Shown: piece after piece, positions 55,188 to 64,000 of the stretch
Layout: each line of letters begins with the position of its first letter
Numbering within the stretch: position 1 is the stretch's first letter
Origin: Eledone cirrhosa
Taxonomy: Eukaryota
Direction: 5' to 3'
DNA: 64,000 nucleotides
NCBI GenBank assembly: GCA_964016885.1
Contig: OZ024755.1
Coordinates: forward strand, 40,362,001 to 40,426,000
Translations under genes and position numbers: made by a program
The notes under the pieces: generated by a model
Told to the model about the DNA's origin: nothing
Seen by the model: the letters and a program-made list of their open reading frames with translations, nothing else
Database searches by the model: none

Positions 55188-55227
55188 TATATTTATATAT
55201 ATATCTATGCCTATATATATATATATA
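54822..55227. repeat. (TA)n tract punctuated by GCC (compound microsatellite)
   Basis: Directly visible. Confidence 0.95.
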
Positions 55228-55304
55228 AAGAAATTCGTTTTCAAATATAAAGACTGTGTTTGGTAACATATTCTAATGAATATATATATATATATATATA
55301 TAAC

Positions 55305-56089
<785 letters not shown>

Positions 56090-56998
56090 AAAGTAAAAAT
56101 CAAAATCAAAAACAAAATAAAGTTAAAAAAATGGGGACGTGTTGACAACGATATGTGTGTAAGTGAGGGGAATTAATAAATAAAAATAACTTAAATATAA
56201 ACAAATACACAAGATATGAATATACACATATATATATATACATACATACACACACATATACACATATACATGCATATATACCTATACACACATGAAAACA
56301 CACACACATATATATGTATATATATATATATATATACATTCACATTTACACAACCACATACATATACACAGATACATACATACATATACACACATATACA
56401 CATACGTACACATACAAAAAAACCTACAATAAATTAGATAAATGACTCTCAAAGGTACATAACCCACGTACATATGTACACATACGCGTGCGCACACACG
56501 CACACAATAAGAAATCAACACACGCATACAAATAAACATATACGTAAATCCATACACACATATATACAAAAACATGCATACATGTATACAAATACATATA
56601 ATCAAATATTTACATACATATATATAAACAAACACACACATATATATATACACACACACACACACATATATAAATATAAAAACACGTATATATGTAAGTA
56701 CACATAAGCCTGTCTGCATATGCGCCCACATACAACGTCATGTGAGTACACTTAAAAACCTAGTGGGTAAGTAAGGACAAAGGAGAGTAAAACTGAAATA
56801 AAATAATTGTTTCTACTTTTGGCACAATAATAAAAACAAGTATGTATTAAAGGTATGGTAGATAGTAGGAGGGGGGATAGAAGTCAAATGATATATAGAA
56901 AGAGATGAGGGAGAAAAAGTATATATTGGTAGAAAGTATGTGTTCATAAGGTAATGAAATTGGTAGTGAGTGGAAGGCGTGATATATAAAGAAGAAGC

Positions 56999-59115
56999 TC
57001 AGGGTGGTTGAGTAATCGTTGGTATGTTAATCCAGTTAAAAAGTAGATGCGATTTCAGGTGCGGAAAACATCTAAAGATCTCGGTCATAGAGTTGAGACA
57101 AGTGGTAGGGGTTTTCAAGTTTTGGAGAATTCTAAATTTTTCCGTAGTACACAAAGAACATTTCTTTGTGCCCCTTTGGTATTCTCTTGAATGGTCTAAA
57201 ATATGGAATGTGTGGAATGTTTTTGTCTTTAAACTCCAACACTTTATTTGCCAGCGCCGTTGCTGTTCTTTTTTCAGGGTGTTTGAAAGAAGCGACATGT
57301 GCATAATACCTGGTTTTAAATCTGTCCTGAGTCATGCCAACATATCGTTCACTCCTGGCTGGCTGGTTTTTAATCATTGGTGTCAATTTGGCCCCATACA
57401 CAATAGATTTGGTATTACATTTACCCTGTAATGGGCATTCTTCCGGCTTCCTGCAACTACAAGCTGGATATACTCTAGTACCATTAGAGTTGGTAATTTT
57501 AGTTTTCATTGATGGGCAGCAAGAGTAACTGATTTTAACTACATTTCTATTGAATATCTTATTATATCTATGATTAGGGGGAAAATGTTTGTCAAGGAAG
57601 GAGGTCGAGGAATTTTCTTCCTGCGTTAGTTTTAACAGTTAGAGAGAAGGAGGGTGTAAACCAAATAATTTTTCTTTTCCTGTTATTGTGTTTAGTGTTA
57701 GCAAGAGGAATAGGTAAATATTTAATTTGTTCGGTGAAGCCGCTGTTATTGAGGGCTTTATTATAATAAGGGGCGGCTTTGTTGAAAATGTCTATAGACG
57801 AGGATAAGGTAGAAATCCTACGGCTAATATTAGGAATAAGATTTTTAAAGACTTAGGGGGTAGCATGACTCTTTGTGTATATATCTTAAATTTTCATTAG
57901 GTTTATGATAAGGTTTAAAAGAGGCGGTAAGTAGGTCAAGATTGATATCAAGAAAGTTAGTATTAGTAAGATTCGTATCTATATTAATTTTAAGGTTTAG
58001 GTTAGCAAAGGTATTGATTAAGTCTTTACGGAATTTATCAAGGCCGTTGGTGGTATGAGAAACTGCCAAACCGTCGTCTCGGTATAAAACGATATTATGG
58101 CAAGGAAATTTTTATTTAAGGGTGTGGAGGAGGAATAATCCTACTAAGTCGCACACATCGGCACTATCATATGAGCCCATCGCAACATCAAAAGAGTTTT
58201 CAGGGCTTGATTTTTTAACCTAAGTACCTTCATTAGCAAAGAGTAGGGTTTTCCTAGCGTGAAAGATAACGTCTTCTTCTAATTTAGAAATATTAATGAA
58301 AAGTCTAGCAAAATCTAAGTCTTTAGTTAATAAGTATTCAGTAATAGAGGGGTAAAAATCAACAATATCAAATTGGATAAATCTACACTTATTTTTTCCT
58401 TGTATGTTATTAAACCAAGAAATAACAGAGGATGTATTTAACCATTGAGATAAGTCAGTCATAGTTCTTATTTGAAGTATTATTTTTCTTCAGATATTTT
58501 TACTCGCAAGGCCAATTTCAGATTTAGCAGGGTTGATTAGTCTACAACTGGGTCGATTAGTAAAGTCTAATTTATGGTCTTTAAGGCTAATATATACTTT
58601 ACGTTTAGCTAGGCTTTCAATCAGGTTATCTATTTTTAAAGTACTAGCTAGGGCCTTAGCTTCATTATTAATGGTATTATAAGTATTAATGTTAGCTATT
58701 TGGTATTTAGCCGTAATGCTATCTGTTAACAGTTGGTTTTACAAATTATTATTTACTTCAAAAAGATTTTTAGTTTTGTCAGAAAAAACGAAAGTATTTG
58801 TAGAGTGTTTAAAATTGAAAATGTCGTTAAAGAGTTTAGATTGAAAATTATTGTTGTACTTACGGTATTTTAGTTCACTAATTAGGTTTACTAGGTCTAT
58901 TTCGAAGTCGGCCATGTCCTTAACTCTAGGCGAGTATTTGTGAGATTTAATGTCAAAGTAGTCATTAGAATCAGCACAGAATTGTCCATCGAAAATCGTA
59001 GCCTTCCATCTCTTCTTTTTATTACTTGTTCAATGTTATCGATTAATAATTTGGTATAGGTGGTGCTGGAAGGAGTAGGTATATTTTTGATAGAATAATC
59101 CAATTCATAAACATC
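56999..59115 (-). pseudogene. Decayed Penelope-like retroelement ORF (RT plus C-terminal GIY-YIG), probably Hydra-type clade
   Basis: Motifs YSIKNIP, FSDKTKN, CRLINPAKSEIG, QFDIVDFYPSI, FDVAMGSYDSADVCDLVG, LYRDDG, FLDINLDL, CSCRKPEECPLQGKC, IVYGA..YVGMT..FKTRY..H and KCSLCTTEK, with several stops and frameshifts. Confidence 0.9.
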
Positions 59116-59332
59116 GATGGTGTATGTTGGTTAATTTCCTGAAACTGTAGAGTGCTCAACTTATCGGGCTGGAATGTGCCAATCATATATGTAATATAGA
59201 ATATGCTTCGATCATTCCCGGTTGGAGCTGTATAAATGAAGTATTTCCGTCAGAAATGTACAGGAGAAAAAGAGTGCTCTATGTAGGCTACAGAGCTTAT
59301 TAGTTATGTAATAAACAACATAAGATAATTAT

Positions 59333-59393
59333 TTCATTTACAAGTGGTTTCTTGAAGACAGATGTTGTGTCTGTCTTCAGTCGTCAGAATGAA
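59333..59393 (-). ncRNA. Type I hammerhead ribozyme upstream of the PLE ORF
   Basis: TTCATT-CTGACGA-cTGAAGACAGA(cacaaca)TCTGTCTTCAa-GAAA-CCACTTG-TA-AATGAA. Confidence 0.85.
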
Positions 59394-59475
59394 TTTTAAA
59401 AAAACATGGTGTTTTTATTAAATATGGATTTGAAACAAAATTTCGGAAATAAGAAAGTGAGGCTGAAAAATAGGG

Positions 59476-59528
<53 letters not shown>

Positions 59529-59553
59529 TGTAATAAACAACATAAGGCAATTA

Positions 59554-59613
59554 TTTCATTTACCAGTGGTTTCTTAAAAGCAAAAAATGTTGCTTTCAAT
59601 CATCAGAATGAAA
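59554..59613 (-). ncRNA. Type I hammerhead ribozyme, diverged paralog
   Basis: TTTCATT-CTGATGA-TTGAAAGCAA(catttt)TTGCTTTTAA-GAAA-CCACTGG-TA-AATGAAA. Confidence 0.85.
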
Positions 59614-59636
59614 AAATCATGGTGTATTTATTCTAT

Positions 59637-59674
<38 letters not shown>

Positions 59675-59802
59675 AATAAAAATATAAATATCCAGAACGT
59701 AAACATACACACACTCAACTATGCGCATATACCTAATAGTACGTAGACGTATACTTTCTCACATAAGCGTATTTGCGTCTACAAAGAAATACAGACAGGA
59801 AC

Positions 59803-60318
59803 ATAAATACATACACATACATATACACAGATATATATACATAAATACATACACATACATATACACAGATATATAACTAAATACATACACATACATATAC
59901 ACAGATATATACATAAATACATACACATACATATACACAGATATATAACTAAATACATACATATACATATACACAGATATATATACATAAATACATACAC
60001 ATACATATACACAGATATATAACTAAATACATACACATACATATACAAAGATATATATACATAAATACATACACATACATATACACAGATATATACATAA
60101 ATACATACCATACATATACACAGATATATAACTAAATACATACACATACATATACAGAGATATATATACATAAATGCATACACATACATATACACAGATA
60201 TATACATAAATACATACCATACATATACACAGATATATATACATAAATACATACACATACATATACACAGATATATAACTAAATACATACACATACATAT
60301 ACACAGATATATAACTAA
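59803..60318. repeat. 36-38-bp AT/AC-rich minisatellite (AAATACATACACATACATATACACAGATATATAACT)
   Basis: About 14 tandem units. Confidence 0.9.
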
Positions 60319-60774
60319 TAAGCTCTGTAGCCTACATAGAGGACTCTTTTTTCCTGTACATTTCTGACGGAAATACTTCATTTACACATATTCACACATA
60401 TATATATTTATATATATCAGAATGGATGCAGTAAAAACCAGTTAGACCATTACTCACCAGAGTACTCGATACTTGGGGTAGTAGAATAGGTAATATGGAA
60501 AATCCTGGACCTCGTCGTCTGAGCTCAGATCTAGTTGTTGCAACGACAGGAGTTCAACCATTGGAGTCCCGAAGTTTCCATATGTATCCACCGGAACTCA
60601 GCTGTTTCGGATCACATAAAAATCAATATATTGATTGAGGACTTAGTAAGAAAGATTAGGGACATGCCCCGCATATCCGATTATCGAACCAACCAACCAA
60701 CCGGAGATTTATGATAACCAACAGGCGCGTGTGTTTTTATTGGCAGCATGAGTCTCCCAAACTAACACTATATA

Positions 60775-61095
60775 TACATAACCTATCCTGGAAACGACAT
60801 CCCACCTTGTCTAAAATCTATGGCAAACTCTCTCGAGCCTCTGCCCTTCTAAAATCCAGGAGAGCTCAATTTGCTGACCACTGTCACCGTGCCAGCAATG
60901 ATATCATATCCGCTCTCTTGCTCTGGAACCCTGACTCCAGCCTGACTAGGAGTAGGAAGCTGTCATTCCCTGACGTTATCTCTAGGGATACGAGAATCAA
61001 TAGACAGGACCTGGGAGCAGCGATGGGGTCAGGGAATTATGGGGCATGAGAGTGAGATCCATCATCTCGACAGTAGTCGACGAATGAATGAATGA

Positions 61096-61098
<3 letters not shown>
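60775..61098 (+). mobile_element. 5'-truncated RTE-type LINE 3' end with (GAAT)n tail
   Basis: NLSWKRHPT..IYG.L...LKSRRAQFADHCHR..IISALLLWNP resembles the post-RT region of RTE-clade ORFs, followed by a short tandem-repeat tail. Confidence 0.75.
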
Positions 61099-61188
<90 letters not shown>

Positions 61189-61296
61189 GGTAGAACACTG
61201 GAAGGTAATATCCGTAGTGGTAGAGCACTCAGTCCATGGGACGAGTTAGGTAGAATTGGTTACACAACAGTTAGTTCACCATACCGTAATATATTA

Positions 61297-61334
61297 TGAG
61301 CTGAAGATCCGGTAAGGTAAAACAATTGTTCTCG
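61297..61334 (+). ncRNA. Degenerate minimal hammerhead (AAAA in place of GAAA) in the spacer of a 36-bp fold-back (61251-61286 / 61333-61368)
   Basis: TGAG-CTGAAGA-tCC(ggtaa)GGt-AAAA-CAATTG-TT-CTCG. Confidence 0.55.
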
Positions 61335-61380
61335 GTATGGTGAACTAACTGTTGTGTAACCACTTCTATATATATATATA

Positions 61381-61625
61381 TATTGTTATGCTTTGGGAGT
61401 GTCATATTGCCAATAAGAAACACACGCACCAGTTGCTTTCACTCCAATTTATTATAAATAAAATTTATAAATTCTTAAATTTATAAATTTAATTTATAAT
61501 AAATTGGAATGAAAGCAACTGGTGCGTGTGTTTCTTATTGGCAACATGACCCACTGAAAGCATAACAATATCGGTTTCAACACGCGTTTTCAGATAAAGA
61601 ATCTTGCTAAACAAATTCAGAAACG

Positions 61626-61630
<5 letters not shown>
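61381..61630 (-). mobile_element. Fold-back element of the TTGTTATACTT family
   Basis: Arms about 61381-61470 and 61478-61571; homologous to 51810-52055. Confidence 0.75.
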
Positions 61631-61661
<31 letters not shown>

Positions 61662-62392
61662 CGGAATAGTTTCTCTCTACCATAGTTTATTCTCAAACCA
61701 TTGGTCAATATATCATATTGAAAGCATTGGGAGTTTATCTTCAACTTTAATTAGAGTTGTACACACGAAATATTTTCGATCGGTGAACCACAATTTTTGT
61801 TCGTGAATGAATAGTTTTAAGCTAGAAGAATTCTATCCATATAGAGATACGTTAAACCCTAAAACCACGAAGGTGTCCCCAGCTAGGTGTTGAAATCTAA
61901 TATTTAAAACAGAAAATCAAGGTATTCCAATTCCTAAATTAAATGCCAAACGTTTTATCTGTTCGGATATCGTTACTTATAGCTCTAGTTTGTGGGGAGT
62001 TGAAAGATTTCCTATTAACAACGCTGACAACCATTCCCATGTCACTCAAAGGAAACTGTCATTTATCATTTCTTCTGCTTTTCCGAGAACACGATTTCTA
62101 TAATCACCGCTGTGGTTGTTTGAAATACAGGAGCCAGATTCTGCTTTTACCAATCCTTGCTAAAGTTACATATAAATCCTAACCTGTCTTTATGTAAATA
62201 GATTTATTCTGTACTATGCCAAAACATCACATTTAAAAAAAATTAAATAAATGTTTATTCCCAGGACTTGTTTCACTCACAAAATTGGCTTAAAAACCGT
62301 TGATAATTAAACAAAATTAAGTAATGAGAAATGGAATAAAGATGGGCTGATCTGGCTGTATGGGGAAGTAGAGGGACGGATTATACAGAACG

Positions 62393-63094
62393 AACACACA
62401 CACACACACACGTGCACACGCACACGCATACGCACACGCGCACACGCACACGCACACGCACACGCACACCCACGCACGCACTGCACACACACTGCATAAA
62501 CGCGCACGCACAAACACACCCACACAGACACACACTGCATAAACACGCACACAAAAACACACACACCCACACTGAACAAACACACACAAACAAACACACA
62601 CACACTACACAAACACACAAACAAACACACACACACACACTACACACACACACACACACTACACAAACACACACACACACTACACAAACACACACACACA
62701 CACACACTAGACAAACACACACACTACACACACACACTGCACACACACACACACAGTACACACACTAAACACACACTATACACACACACACAAACACACT
62801 GCACACACTGCACACACTGCACACACACATACACACACACACAAACACAACACACACACACATACACACACACACACTACACACACTCTCTCACACACAC
62901 ACACACACTGCACAATCATTCACAGACACGTGTGCACATACAGAAACTGTCATGTGTGCATATGTCAGCATATGAATCATAAAAGACATACACACATCAG
63001 CATTTATATGAGTGTGTATGTGTGTGTCTTTGTGTATGCGTTTGTGTGTATGTGTGTATGTGTATGTGTATGTGTGTGTATGCGTGTGTGTATA

Positions 63095-63138
<44 letters not shown>

Positions 63139-63222
63139 TGTGTATGTGTGTGTATGTGTGTGTATGTGTGTGTGTATGTATGTGTATGTGTGTGTATGTG
63201 TGTGTATGTGTATGTCTGCGTG
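62393..63222. repeat. Compound (CA)n/(TG)n microsatellite block in opposed orientation
   Basis: Directly visible. Confidence 0.95.
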
Positions 63223-63299
63223 TTCTCATTTAAGTAGCAAGGACCGGTAAAGTGGAATTACACACCTTTACTGCTCAGTCATTAAATATTATTTCCTTA

Positions 63300-64000
63300 T
63301 GTGGGATCCTCACCTGTGGTCCTGGTCAGTCCCATTTCTGATCATAATGGCTTGAAAGTTGCGTGTTGAAAGACACTGGTCTTGTGCAGCCAAACTGAAG
63401 CCCTCACTCTCTGTCTTCAGCCCAGAAATCTGCAGCCCCTGATGGGTGAGAGTTTGATTTACATCAGGTTCTTTGCTATGGAGAACCTACTGCCCTTGCA
63501 GTGGTTTTTTCCCCTATGTAGTGTACAGTCTGCCTTGATCTTCATGTTTTGCCAACATTTTGATGTTGTTTGCAACTCTAATTGCAGAATCGGCATGGAT
63601 TGGCAGTATCGGTAGAGGGTCTGACGCCATGCTTTGCAGCAAAGAGTTGCGGCCCTTTATTATCTGAGTTCAAATCCCGCCGTGGTTAACTTTGCCATTC
63701 ATCCTTACGGGGTAGATAAAATAAAGTACCAGTAATATACTGGGGTAATTGCCGGACTTGTGCCAAAAGTAGAAACAATTATTTTCTAAATGTATTCCCA
63801 ATTCTTCCACAAAATTCCTATTTCCCTTTGTGACTGATGTTAGCTTCTTCCTTTATTGATCTTCAACTATTTTTAGAATCCAATTATCTGTAATTTTACG
63901 GTACTGATCGAGCCCAATAGTTGATATTTTGTATGACATCTGAACCTGGATCATTCTCTACCTCCGTTTGTCTAAGAAGATAGAAGAGATCTACATTTTG
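63300..64000 (-). pseudogene. R4/Dong-like non-LTR retrotransposon relic (post-RT region), split by a SINE
   Basis: Manual translation: VDLFYLLR..GGR.MIQVQMSYKISTIGL (64000-63783) and KKPLQGQ*..SGLKTESEGFSLAAQDQCLSTRNFQA (63590-63300). Confidence 0.7.
63595..63778 (+). mobile_element. Full-length tRNA-derived SINE
   Basis: Homologous to the 43881 copy; no TSD seen. Confidence 0.92.

Larger units (their letters stand above)
59233..59635 (-). mobile_element. 5' pseudo-LTR region of the PLE, with a diverged direct repeat (59301-59425 / 59523-59635); inverted copy at 60310-60385
   Basis: Direct and inverted matches are visible; each direct copy contains a hammerhead. Confidence 0.75.

Overview
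This is a gene-free, repeat-dominated animal genomic window. The SINEs and the (TA)n/(CA)n load look cephalopod/octopus-like, but that is inference. Positions 1-27.9 kb are a 48-bp satellite with kb-scale higher-order duplications and one SINE insertion; its unit matches the 3' tail of a dispersed SINE-like repeat seen elsewhere in the window. Positions 28.5-36.5 kb hold two related Tx1-clade LINEs in tandem at one (TATC)n tract. The first has an intact 1145-aa EN-RT ORF2 and a 19-bp TSD; the second is decayed and internally inverted. Positions 36.5-64 kb are a mosaic of microsatellites, tRNA-SINEs, a decayed Penelope-like element (RT+GIY-YIG), a second hidden GIY-YIG fragment, RTE and R4/Dong relics, and many short fold-back elements embedded in (TA)n. 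The main discovery is about ten type I hammerhead ribozyme motifs, found by eye, in these fold-back/PLE-type elements. They include two unrelated copies with a CAGAAGA core and cases where the inverted arm begins at the predicted cleavage site. No host protein-coding gene could be supported.
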